Part shown: one piece after another, positions 13,379 to 24,912 of the stretch
Layout of the letters: the number at the start of each line of letters is the position of its first letter
Numbering within the stretch: position 1 is the stretch's first letter
DNA from: Ranitomeya imitator
Taxonomy: Eukaryota
Assembly: GCF_032444005.1 (NCBI RefSeq)
Contig: NC_091287.1
Coordinates: 504,494,001 to 504,558,000, forward strand
DNA: 64,000 nt
Reading direction: 5' to 3'
Notes under the pieces: model-generated
Database searches by the model: none
What the model was told of the DNA's origin: nothing
The model's input: the letters and a program-made list of their open reading frames with translations, nothing else
Made by a program: the position numbers and the translations under genes

Positions 13379-14588
13379 CAGGACCTCTTTTGAAATCCTG
13401 CCTGTGGCTGGGCTTCAAAGGAGACCATAATTTTTGCAATAGACAGCGATGTTGTATAAAAAAAATAAAAAAAAACCCACAAAGTTCAAATCACCCCCTT
13501 GTTCATCCATTAAAAATAAAGATCTAAAAAAAAAATAAACATGTATTAATCAGAAAAGTCCGATCTATCAGAATATGAAAATAATTAACCCGATCGGTAA
13601 ACTCTGTAAACAAAAAATTCAGAATGCCAAAATTATGTTTATTTGGTTGCTGTTCCACTAAAAATGTGATCAAAACGTCACATCCATCCCAAAATGGTAT
13701 AAATAAAAATGTCCTCTTGCCCCATCAAAAAAAATAAGCCATAAAACGGCTCCATCAGCCGAAAAATGAAAACATACGGGTCATGGAAAATGGGGACACA
13801 AGCCAGAATATTTTGCTTTTGAAAACTTATGAATTTTTTTTCACCACAAAAATAATAAAAAAGGGACATGTTTGGTATCTCCGCAATCATACTGATGAGC
13901 AGAATGATATTGAAAGGTCATTTTTACAGCAAAATGTACACCATAAAAACAATTCCCAAAAAAACAATGTCAGAATTGTAGATTTTTCTTCACCATTTTT
14001 CTCCACTTGGAATTATGTTTCCCATTTTCCAGTACACTATGTGGTAAAATGAAGGGTGCCATTCAAAACTATAACTTGTCCCACACAAAAAAAAAGCCCT
14101 CCTATGTCTATGTTGTCAGAAAAATAAAGGCGTTATGACTCTGGGAAGAAGGGGAGGAAAAAAGGAAAACACAAAAACAGAAAATGGCCATGTCGTGAAG
14201 GGGTTAAGATGCAATACAACGGAAAAAATCGGATACTATATCGGATCCGATTTTTTTTTTTTTCTGCGCATCTGGGGAATTGGATGCGAAATTTGCAGGG
14301 AGCCAGTGGTTTAAAAAACAAATACCACTAATAAATACTAACACATTTATATTTTGCTCAGCATTTAAAATAAGTAGAGGTTAACGGGAGAAAAAAAAAT
14401 AAAAACAGATACTGACATAAAAGACTAAAAAAACACTCACTGACTAAAGGCAATAAAAAATGTCCCTATTGGCTTACAGCCAACGGTAGGCCTCAGTGAT
14501 TTTTTTTTTACTGTAAAAAAATGTGCAAAATAAGATAAAAAGCTTAAAAAAATATTTATCAAACTGTATAGAAACCAAACTATCCTTA

Positions 14589-14679
14589 TTGTCCAGGGCA
14601 ACCAATCACAGCTCAGCTTTGATTTTATATTATGCTTTTGAAAAATGGAAGCTTGGCTGTGATTGGTTGCTATGGGCAA
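14589..14679. repeat. Short palindromic MITE-like remnant
   Basis: gggcaaccaatcacagc ... gctgtgattggttgctatggg inverted pair. Confidence 0.55.
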
Positions 14680-15023
14680 CAGAGACCATTTTGCGTTTAG
14701 ATTGTTTCATAATGCCAAACGCCACTCTGTAGTGTACCTTGTGTTATATACCTTGGCAGAGACTGTATATTTACCTTTTCTTTATAGAAACAATTGTGGT
14801 CAGAGTAGACTATCTGCCTAGGCCTCATGCCTGTCATGGCGACCGCCACTTTAGTTTATGTTCAGTAATATCAGCCCTTCATCAAGAAAAGGCCTAGATT
14901 CATTATCATGATAAAAGGTTTCCATAATCCAATAAAAAAAAAAAAATAGAAATTCTGGAAACAATCGAATATTTCAGTTCTCCACCTCCAGTGGTCATGA
15001 ATGGTATGAGAACATTCCTGAAA

Positions 15024-15201
15024 GGCCATGTTCACACGTTCAGTATTTGGTCAGTATTTCACCTCAGTATTTGTAAGCCAAAACCAGGAGTGGGTGAGAA
15101 GTACAGAAGTGCTGATGTGTTTCTATGATACTTTTCCTCTCCTGATTTTTACAAATACTGAGGTAAAATACTGACCAAATACTGAACGTGTGACCGTGGC
15201 C
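15024..15201. mobile_element. PIF/Harbinger-like MITE
   Basis: ~55-bp TIRs ggccatgttcacacgttcagtatttggtcagtatt / aatactgaccaaatactgaacgtgtgaccgtggcc; TAA on the right, AAA on the left. Confidence 0.7.
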
Positions 15202-17181
15202 TAAGGCTTCCTTAGCACACATTTTTTTAGTACCTCATTTTGGTATAAAAACGCATGTATAAACCCATTCATGCATTTTTTTCTTCCATTTTTCAGTAGG
15301 TTCTGGTATTTTTTTTCTTTTTTAAATCAATAAGTTTTTAGTACCTGGGGCTCTTTATGCTGTTTTTTTTGTTAGCTGCATTTTTAACAACATATTCTGC
15401 AAATTCTGGAAAAGAAAAGACACAAACACAGAAAAAAAGACAACATCAAGTTAAAAAATGCAGTGAAAGGAAAAAAAACAAGCGCTACAAATAGAATTTT
15501 TTTTCTCTCTGTGTATGTGAAGTCACATACACCGTACATTTAAAAAGTTAGTTTGCTCTCACAGTGGGAGTTCTTCCACTTATCCATTCCTGAGCGTCCT
15601 CCACTCAAGCACACAGCACCATAAATACGTAATTTACACACAAAAACCCACGTGATGTCTATGTGAATTTACACTATTATTCATAAGCAGATGTACATTT
15701 AACTTCAGCAGCTGCCCTATTCCCGAAGTTGCCCATAGGCAGCTGCCTACTGTGCCTGTCAGTATATTCTTCCTGCTTTATGAGATCTTCAGTGTGCTCT
15801 CAACGAAATAAAATGATTTGGTAACGAAAAGGCGCAGTCATAGTCATCCCTCAGCTTCTCAATTATAGAAATTGCGAGCAATAAGGGATAAGATTGGGGC
15901 TGAAATGGGAGACATATTAAAGTCTTATGAGGAAGATTAAACTCCTAATCTTCTAAGGATGATTAGATTTCTAACACTGTGTAGTACGTTAAAGTATCAT
16001 GCTTTGACTTTGCTGCGGCCATTACTGTCTTGCGTATATGACACTGATGCTTTCCTTGAGTTAATGAACCAACTTTATACTAAATCTGCTCCCATGGGGC
16101 TTTGACGAGCATTCTCCATAAAGGCTATTAAATGTGTACACATTGATTTACTAATAATGCACGCTGGGTGCTTGTGAATGCCCGAAGACTGTTTATAACT
16201 GAGAAATTATCTGATACTTAGTCACAAAATACATATTTAATTTTGCTCCAGATAAAGTTGTGGTTTATGTAAATTTACAAAGATTGGTCACATACATATT
16301 GTAGAAATGTCTATTTTGCTTGCTAAGTGTTCAGTTTTTTCAACTGCCCTTTTAGGGCCTATTTTAGCTTATGTCCACTCCTATTAACTAATGCTGAGCA
16401 GGGTCAGATGAGAATTGCCCTAAAGGCCTCCATACACATTAGGATAACGTAGGCTGACCCCTTAAAATACCAATGAGTTTAGTAGACAGTCTAATGTGAA
16501 TGTGAAGGGGGCTCAGGGCCTGTTCTGACTTCTCTTCACCCTGACACCCCACTTCTAAAGGGTCATTTTCCCATGTGTGTTGTGCTCGCTCTGCACTTAC
16601 TTGTGGGCCAGAAGCCTCTGCTACATCTGTGTCCTTGGGACTGGGATTAGTAACACACTCTAGGAGACCTTGGGTCCACTTCAACAGTTTTGGCTTTACT
16701 GTACAGTTCAGATACATTCGGCATACAGTGCCTCTGGTTGATGTTCCCATAAAACAGTACACTTCAAGGTCCTACCTCTGCCTGAACTATCCCCACCTCA
16801 ACGGCTCTTGTTGGCACAAGGGACTCCCCTTTCGGCAACCCAGCTTTCTTGAGACTAGCCACCCTTACCTCTTGCTCTTCCCCGGTCGGCCTTCTCTTAG
16901 GAGAATATGAGAATTGTGGACTTCAATGCCTCTTCCGGGCCATAGGTCCCGGACTATCCGGAGATCTATGCTAGACTCTCGGTGCGCCTTCCAGCTGTTT
17001 GGAAGCTTGGCACTGTTAGGCCCCATCGCACCTTGTACGTGAACTTGAGCCTTTCACTAACCCTGTCTGAAACCTTGACTGCCCAATCAGGAAGTGCTTC
17101 CCCTTTTTGTTTGCTGTAACCCTCCCAGTATGTGGGCTATTCCCCAACCATTTGACTGTATCTTACCCAGTGTGTAATAGC

Positions 17182-17527
17182 TACAGCTGCTTCTCACAAA
17201 ATTAGAACATCATCAAAAAGTTAATTTATTTCAGTTCTTCAATACAAAAAGTGAAACTAATATATTATATAGTCATTAGAGTGATGTATTTCAAGTGTTT
17301 ATTTCTGTTAATGTTGATGATTATGGCTTCCAGCCAATGAAAACCCAAAAGTAATTATCTCAGTAAATTAAAATACTTTATAACACCAGCTTGAAAAATT
17401 ATTTTAAAATCCGAAATATTGGCCTACTGAAATGTATGTACAGTAAATGCTCTCAATACTTGGTCAGGGCTCCTTTGGCATCAATTACTGCATCAATGCG
17501 GCGTTGCATGGAGGCGATCAGCCTGTG
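17182..17527 (-). mobile_element. Tc1 terminal fragment (TIR plus transposase 3' end in reverse)
   Basis: TA-CAGCTGCTTCTCACAAAATTAGAA terminus followed by ctcaatacttggtcagggctcc...catggaggcgatcagcctgtggc, typical antisense Tc1 C-terminus. Confidence 0.75.
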
Positions 17528-17640
17528 GCGACTTGGATTTCCTTGACAGACAGAGGCCGTGACCAATGAATATCTGTGACAGACAGACAGACAGACTGAA
17601 GGACAGAAAGACGGAAGTGACCCTTAGACAATTATATAGT

Positions 17641-17670
<30 letters not shown>
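17528..17670 (-). mobile_element. Fragment of an unclassified, probably Helitron-like, repeat
   Basis: Reverse complement of the element start at 22790-22890 (ataattgtctaagggtcacttccgtc with (CTGT)n), ending in an (AT)n tract. Confidence 0.5.
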
Positions 17671-17675
<5 letters not shown>

Positions 17676-18379
17676 CAATAACACGTTTGCAATGCTCATA
17701 ATTGAGCTCTAATAGTATAATATTTGCAACAAGCAACTAACAATGCTGTCAGTGGACAGAGGGGAAAAAAAGACAAAAGTCATATCCAAAGTTTCAGAAC
17801 AGGTGCTAAGGGCGCAGTTAACCCATTTAGCGGAACACCCCTGACAAAATACTATTGTATCATCCCTTCAAAGCCCCACATATATATATATATATATATT
17901 GCACAAGATCGGTTCCTCAATATATTACCTTTAACCCCTTAGTGACAGAGCCAATTTGGTACTTAATGACCAGGCCAATTTTTGCAATTCTGACCACTGT
18001 CACTTTATGAGGTTATAACTCTGGAACGCTTCAACGGATCCCGCTGATTCTGAGATTGTTTTTTCATGACATATTGTTCTTCATGTTAGTGGTAACATTT
18101 CTTCGATATTACTTGCGATTATTTGTGAAAAAAACGGAAATATGGCGAAAATTTTTAAAATTTTGCAATTTTCAAACTTTGTATTTTTATGCCCTTAAAT
18201 CAGAGAGATATGTCACGAAAAATAGTTAATAAATAACATTTCCCACATGTCTACTTTACATCAGCACAATTTTGGAAACAAAATTTTTTTTTGTTAGGGA
18301 GTTATAAGGGTTAAAAGTTGACCAGCAATTTCTCATTTTTACAACACCATTTTTTTTTAGGGACCACATCACATTTGAA

Positions 18380-20745
18380 GTCATTTTGAGGGGTCTATAT
18401 GATAGAAAATAATGAAGTGTGACACCATTCTGAAAACTACACCCCTCAAGGTTCTCAAAACCACATTCAAGAAGTTTATTAACCCTTTACGTGCTTCACA
18501 GGAACTGAAACAATGTGGAAGGAAAAAATGAACATTTAACTTTTTTTTGCAAACCTCTTAATTCAGAACCATTTTTTTATTTTCACAAGTGTAAAAATAG
18601 AAATGTAACCATAAATTTTATTATGCAATTTCTCCTGAATACGCCAATACCCCATATGTGGGGGTAAACCACTTTTTGGGCGCACCGCAGAACTTAGAAG
18701 TGAAGGAGCGCCGTTTGACTTTTTCAATGCAGAATTGGCTGGAATTGAGATCGGACACCATGTCACATTTGGAGAGCCCCTGATGTGCCTAAACAGTGGA
18801 AACTCCCCACAAGTGACACCATTTTGGAAACTAGACCCCTTAAGGAACTTATCTAGATGTGTGGTGAGCACTTTGAACCCCCAAGTGCTTCACAGAAGTT
18901 TATAACGTAGAGCCGTGAAAATAAAAAATCGCTTTTGTTTACACAAAAATGATCTTTTCGCCCACAAATTCTTATTTTCACAAGGGTAACAGGAGAAATT
19001 AGACCACAAAAGTTGTTGTGCGATTTCTCCTGAATACGCCAATACCCCATATGTGGGGGTAAACCACTGTTTGGGCGCACCGCAGAGCTTGGAAGTGAAG
19101 GAGCGCCGTTTTACTTTTTCAATGTAGAATTGGCTGGAATTGAGATTGGACGCCATGTCGCGTTTGGAGAGCCCCTGATGTGCCTAAACAGTGGAAACCC
19201 CCCACAAATGACACCATTTTGGAAACTAGACCCCTTAAGGAACATATCTAGATGTGTGGCGAGCACTTTGAACCCCCATGTGCTTCACAGAAGTTTATAA
19301 CGTAGAGCCGTGAAAAAAAAAATTGCATTTTTTCTACAAAAATGATCTTTTTGCCCACAAATTTTTATTTTCACAAGGGTAACAGGAGAAATTAGACCAC
19401 TAAAGTTGTTGTGCAATTTCTCCTGAGTACGTCGATACCCAATATGTGGGGGTAAACCACTGTTTGGGCGCACCGCAGAGCTTGGAAGAGAAAGAGTGCC
19501 GTTTTACTTTTTCAATGTAGAATTGGCTGGAATTAAGATCGGACGCCATGTCGCGTTTGGAGAGCCCCTGATGTGCCTAAACAGTAGAAATCCCCCACAA
19601 GTGACCCCATTTTGGAAACTAGACCCCCCATGGAACTTATCTAGATGTGTGGTGAGAACCTTGAATGCCCAAGTGCTTCACAGAAGTTTATAATGCAGAG
19701 CCGTGAAAATAAAAAATATTTATTTTTTCCACAAAAAAGATTTTTTAGCCCCCAAGTTTTTATTTTCACAAGGGTAACTAGAGAAATTGGACCCCAAAAG
19801 TTGTTGTCCAATTTGTCCTGAGTATGCTGGTACCCCATATGTGGGGGTAAACCACTGTTTGGGCGCACGGCAGAGCTCGGAAGGAAGGAGCGCCGTTTTG
19901 GAATGCAGACTTTGATAGAATGGTCTGCGGGTATTATGTTGCGTTTGCAGAGCCCCTGATGGACCTAACCAGTAGAAACCCTCCACAAGTGACCCCATTT
20001 TGGAAACTAGACCCCCCAAGGAACTTATCTAGATGTGTGGTGAGAACTTTGAATGCCCAAGTGCTTCACAGAAGTTTAGAATGCAGAGTCGTGAAAATAA
20101 AAAATATTTTTTTTTCCACAAAAAAGATATTGTAGCCCCCAAGTTTTTATTTTCACAAGGGTAACAGGAGAAATTGGACTGCAATAGTTGTTGTCCAATT
20201 TATCCTGAGTACGCTGATGCGCCATATGTGGGGGTAAACCACTGTTTGGGTGCACGGCAGAGCTCGGAAGGGAAGGAGCGCCTTTTTGGAATGCAGACTT
20301 TGATAGAATGGTCTGTGGGCATTATGTTGCGATTGCAGAGCCCCTGATGTACCTAAACTGTAGTAACCCCCCACAAGTGACCCCATTTTGGAAACTAGAC
20401 CCCCCAAGGAACTTATCTAGATGTGTGGTGAGAACTTTGAATGCCCAAGTGCTTCACAGAAGTTTAGAATGCAGAGTCGTGAAAATAAAAAATATTTTTT
20501 TTCACAAAAAAGATATTGTAGCCCCCAAGTTTTTATTTTCACAAGGGTAACAAGAGAAATTGGACCCCAGAAGTTGTTGTCCAATTTATCCCGAGTACGC
20601 TGATGCCCCATATGTGGGGGTAACCCACTGTTTGGGCGCACGGCAGAGCTCAGAAGGGAGGGAGCACCATTTGACTTTTTGAGCGCAAAATTGGCTGTCG
20701 TGTTTGGAGACCCCCTGATGTACCTAAACAGTGGAAACCCCCCAA
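18380..20745. repeat. ~390-bp tandem repeat, 6 copies, inside the piggyBac-like element
   Basis: Landmark ccccatatgtgggggtaa at 18650, 19045, 19438, 19833, ~20220, ~20606. Confidence 0.95.
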
Positions 20746-20749
20746 TTCT

Positions 20750-21623
20750 AGCTCCAACCCTAACCCTAACACACCCCTAACCCTAATCCCAACCTGATCC
20801 ATAATCCTAATCACTAACCCTAACCATAATCACAACCCTTACCCCAAAACAACCCTAATGTCAACCCTAACCATAACCCTAATCAAAACCCTAAATCCAA
20901 CACACCCCTAATCCTAATCTCAACCCTAACCTCAAACCTAACCCTAATCCCAATACACCCCTAATCACAACCCTAACCTTAACCCTAATCCCAAACCTAA
21001 CCCTAATCCCAAGCGTAACCCTAATGCCAACCCTAACCCTAATACCAACCCTAATCCAAACCCTAACCCTAATCCCAGCTCTAACCCTAACTTTAGCCCC
21101 AACCCTAGCCCTAACTTTAGCCCCAACCCTAACCCTAGCCCTAAGGCTACTTTCACACTTCCGTCGTTTGGCATCCGTCGTTTTGGACAAGAAACGGATC
21201 CTGCAAATGTGCCCGCAGGATGCGTTTTTTGCCCATAGACTTGTATTGCCGACGGATCGTGACGGATGGCCACACGTTGCGTCCGTCGTGCACTGGATCA
21301 GTTGTGTTTTGGTGGACCGTCGGCACAAAAAAACGTTCAATGAAACGTTTTTTTGTACGTCGCATCCGCCATTTCTGACCGCGCATGCGTGGCCGTAACT
21401 CCGCCCCCTCCTCCCCAGGACATAGATTGGGCAGCGGATGCGTTGAAAAACTACAGCTGCTGCCCACGTTGTGCACAATTTTCACATCGTGCGTCGGTAT
21501 GTCGGGCCGACGCATTGCGACGGCCCCGTACCGACGTAAGTGTGAAAGAAGCCTAACCCTAAATTTAGCCCTAACCCTAAATTTAGCCCCACCCTAACCC
21601 TAACCCTAGCCCTAACCCTAGCC
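20750..21623. repeat. Degenerate telomere-like (CCCTAA)n tract, interrupted by a MITE
   Basis: taaccc / taatccc / tagccc variants at 20750-21144 and 21554-21623. Confidence 0.9.
21142..21556. mobile_element. PIF/Harbinger-like MITE
   Basis: TAA TSD at 21142-21144 and 21554-21556; TIR GGCTACTTTCACACTT / AAGTGTGAAAGAAGCC. Confidence 0.9.
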
Positions 21624-21767
21624 NNNNNNNNNNNNNNNNNNNNNNNNNNNNNNNNNNNNNNNNNNNNNNNNNNNNNNNNNNNNNNNNNNNNNNNNNNNNN
21701 NNNNNNNNNNNNNNNNNNNNNNNNNNNNNNNNNNNNNNNNNNNNNNNNNNNNNNNNNNNNNNNNNNN
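21624..21767. other. Assembly gap
   Basis: Run of N. Confidence 1.
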
Positions 21768-22619
21768 GCTGTTCTCCTGCCGGCCGGCAGATGGAGACAG
21801 ATGGCGGGCGCACTGCGCATGCGCCCGCCATTTTCTTCTGCCGGCGGCCAGGAGAAGCAGCAAGAGGATCCAGGGACACAGGTGAGTATTGTAGGGTCCC
21901 CGAATCCCCCTATTTCTCTGTCCTCTGATGTGCGATTACATCAGAGGACAGAGAATTACACTTTACTTTTTTTTTTTTTTTTTTTTGCGGTCGCAGGTAA
22001 ACAGTTAATTACCGGCGATCGCAAAATAGGGGTCGGTAAAACCGACCCCGATCATGCTCTTTGGGGTCTCGGCTACCCCCGGCAGCCGAGACCCCAAAGA
22101 TTCTCGCGGGGGCGGGCGCACTGCGCATGCGCCCGCCATTTTGAAGATGGCGGCGCCCACCGGGAGACACGAGGAGCATCGGGGGAGATAGGTGAGTATT
22201 GGGGGGCTACCTGGGACCCCCTTTCTCTGTCCTCCGATGTGCGATCACATTGGAGGACAGAGAAATTAAAGAGATCGCGTTTTTTTTTTTTTTTTGCGAT
22301 CGCCGGTAAACGGTTAATTACCGGCGATCGCAAATGCGGGGTGGGTTAAAAAAACCCTGAATCATGTTCTCTGGGGTCTCGGCTACCCTCGGCAGCCGAG
22401 ACCCCGGAGAAAATCGGCCTCTGGGGGGCGCTATTCACTTTTTCCACAGCGCGGTTAATTAACGGCGCTGTGGTTTAAGTACCCTTAGCGGCCGCCGTTA
22501 AAAGGCGTATCGGCGGTCGCTAAGGGGTTAAACGTGTCCCACAAAAGATCCACTGCCAAGTGACAGGCTGTGCCTCCGAACCCCAACACGCATTTCGCGG
22601 TTGCTTTTTCCTGGGGGCT

Positions 22620-22800
22620 ATATATCTATTATCTATATATCTATTATCTATCCATTATCTATCTATCTATTATCTATCTATTATCTACTATCTATTATCT
22701 ACTATCTATCTATTATCTATCTATTATCTATATATCTATCCATTATCTATCCATTATCTATCTGTTATCTACTATCTATCTACTATATTATATATATTAT
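22620..22800. repeat. Degenerate (TATC)n microsatellite
   Basis: Direct inspection. Confidence 0.9.
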
Positions 22801-23040
22801 ATATAATTGTCTAAGGGTCACTTCCGTCTTTCTGTCACAGATATTCATTGGTCGCGGCCTCTGTCTGTCATGGAAATCCAAGTCGCTGATTGGTCGTGGC
22901 AAAACGCCCACGACCATTGCCATGACCAGTCAGTGGCGGGCACAGTCCAGCGGAAAAATGGCCGCTCCTTCCTCCCCTCAGTCAGTGCGTGCTCCATACT
23001 CCCCTCCAGTCAGCGCTCACACAGGGTTAATGGCAGCATT
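22790..23040 (+). mobile_element. Unclassified, probably Helitron-like, repeat 5' part
   Basis: tatataattgtctaagggtcacttccgtc start embedded in a microsatellite; second inverted copy at 17528-17670; superfamily is inference. Confidence 0.45.
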
Positions 23041-23112
23041 ATGCCCAGATAATACCCTGACTCCTGATTCAGTACTAATCTGAAACCTCCATCCTCCACC
23101 CAGTGATAATTC

Positions 23113-23531
23113 CTGACACCAACCCCTACAGAAAGCACAGACAGGGAAAACCAAAAACGCACCACGCCGCAAACACACTCAGGAAAACACTATAATGTGC
23201 ACAGGGCAAATCAAAACACAAATATAGGAAGGAGAAATATGACAAAGGATCATACACCACCAGACATGATATTTCCACTCCAAGACCACCACTCCGAACC
23301 GAGATCACCAGGCACAAGACACAAGCTATAATCGGCATTGCCCAAACTTCAGAAGAACTATTTAAAGGCCGTGGGCGTGACCCAGCCTCCAATCCGAGTA
23401 CCAGCTAGATTAACTCCGGACAACCTAGATAAAATCTAGCCGGCGCCACTGAGCGCATAGTGGACGAATGCAGAATTACCGCTGTCTGTCGGACGCCCTA
23501 GTGTGAATAGTGAATAGCGTCCGACATGACA
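23113..23531 (-). mobile_element. LTR-like fragment (Ty3/Gypsy type)
   Basis: Minus strand begins TGTCATG, has a TTTAAATA TATA-like box then a T/G-rich U5-like tract; other end and TSD not found. Confidence 0.5.
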
Positions 23532-23539
23532 TATATATG

Positions 23540-24535
23540 GCACACAGATGAATGACAAATGGCAGTTATTTGAACTTTCTTTTCTTGGCTGATCTGTGAT
23601 GTACAGCTTCTGGGTTGTCTCTCATCAAGCTCCAGCAATAGTCAGCCATCATATGTGAGTCCCACCGGCCTTGATACCGTTCTTCCATTGTTTTAATGTC
23701 CTGATGAAAACGCTCCCCTTGTTCCTCGCTCACATCCCCAAGGTTCTCTGGAAAAAAGTCCAAATGGCCGTGTAAATAGTGAATCTTCATCCTCATTCTA
23801 CATCCAAGATTTCGCAGACTCATTAGTAGCTCTTCCACAATCTCTTCATAGTTGTCTGCTTTCTTATTCCCTAGAAAATTCTGCACCACATTACAAAATG
23901 CATTCCAAGCTCTTTCTTCTGTCTCATTCATTGATGTGATAAAATTTGGGTCTCTCCTAATTGTTCTTAATTGAGGTCCATCAAATATTCCAGCCTTTTT
24001 CTTCTCTTCACTAAGACCAGGAAAAGTTGAACATATATAGTTAAAGCATTCTCCACTGTGATTGAGAGCTTTGACGAACTGCTTCATCAATCCAAGTTTT
24101 ATGTGTAAGGGAGGAAAGACAATGTCCTTCCTATCCACTAGAGGATCATGGATGACATTCTTATCGCCAGATGCCAAACTCTGTCGCTGAGGCCATTCAG
24201 TTTTCACCCAATGCTCTGCTGTAGCTCTACTGTCCCAGTAGCACAGAAAACAAGGGTGTTACCATAACAAATGGGAATTATGCATGTTCAAAGAAAACAA
24301 AGATATTCTCACATTTATTGGGAGACCAAATGAAAGCTAAATTTACCTTAGTGAACTGTATAAACCGGCACTTTTCATACAATACTTATATTTATCATGG
24401 AATTCTTGAAAATGGGCTATTTACCTATAACGTGATAGAGAAATTATAAGATCAGATTTGAATTCAGCACAATCAAATTAGTCTAAAACTGTTCTTAAAG
24501 TCCATGCCAGAAATTTTTTTTGTAGACCAGTGTTA
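23540..24535 (-). mobile_element. Internally deleted CMC/Chapaev3-type DNA transposon
   Basis: Minus-strand terminus TAA-CACTGGTCTACAAAAAAA at 24535-24515; 5' non-coding end fused to the transposase C-terminal half. Confidence 0.85.
23566..24258 (-). pseudogene. Chapaev3-type transposase, C-terminal fragment
   Basis: Motifs PCFLCYWDSRA, PPLHIKLGLMKQFVKAL, KIHYLHGHLDFFPENLGDVSEEQGERFHQDI, YQGRWDSHMMADYCW; open to the stop at 23566; in-frame TAA upstream at the deletion junction. Confidence 0.9.
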
Positions 24536-24626
24536 TCTATCTATTATGTACTATCTATCTATTATCTATCTACTATCAATATATTATCTATCTTTTATCT
24601 ACTATCTATTATCTATCTATTATGTA

Positions 24627-24661
<35 letters not shown>

Positions 24662-24818
24662 TATCTATCACATATCTATCTATTATCTATCACATATCTA
24701 TCTATCTATTATCTATCATCTATCTATTATCTATTATCTACCTGTTATCTACTATATATCTATCTATTATCTATCTACTATCTATTATCTATCTATTTTC
24801 TATCTATTATCTATCACA

Positions 24819-24903
<85 letters not shown>

Positions 24904-24912
24904 CACTATCTA
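24533..24912. repeat. (TATC)n microsatellite, perfect at ~24820-24902
   Basis: Direct inspection. Confidence 0.97.

Larger units (their letters stand above)
12649..14207. mobile_element. Non-autonomous piggyBac-like element
   Basis: TTAA TSD at 12649-12652 and 14204-14207; TIR CCCTTTCACGACAT / ATGTCGTGAAGGGG (1 mismatch); no transposase. Confidence 0.85.
17931..22531. mobile_element. 4.6-kb composite non-autonomous piggyBac-like element
   Basis: TTAA TSD at 17931-17934 and 22528-22531; TIR CCCCTTAGTGAC / GTCGCTAAGGGG; carries a ~390-bp tandem array, telomere-like repeats and a nested MITE; no transposase; contains a gap. Confidence 0.8.

Noticed and set aside
18380-20745. CRISPR-like periodicity here and in the minisatellites
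   Set aside because: Head-to-tail units without unique spacers; eukaryotic context; no cas genes.
20750-21623. True telomere or chromosome-fusion site
   Set aside because: Highly degenerate, single orientation, enclosed by transposon TIRs.
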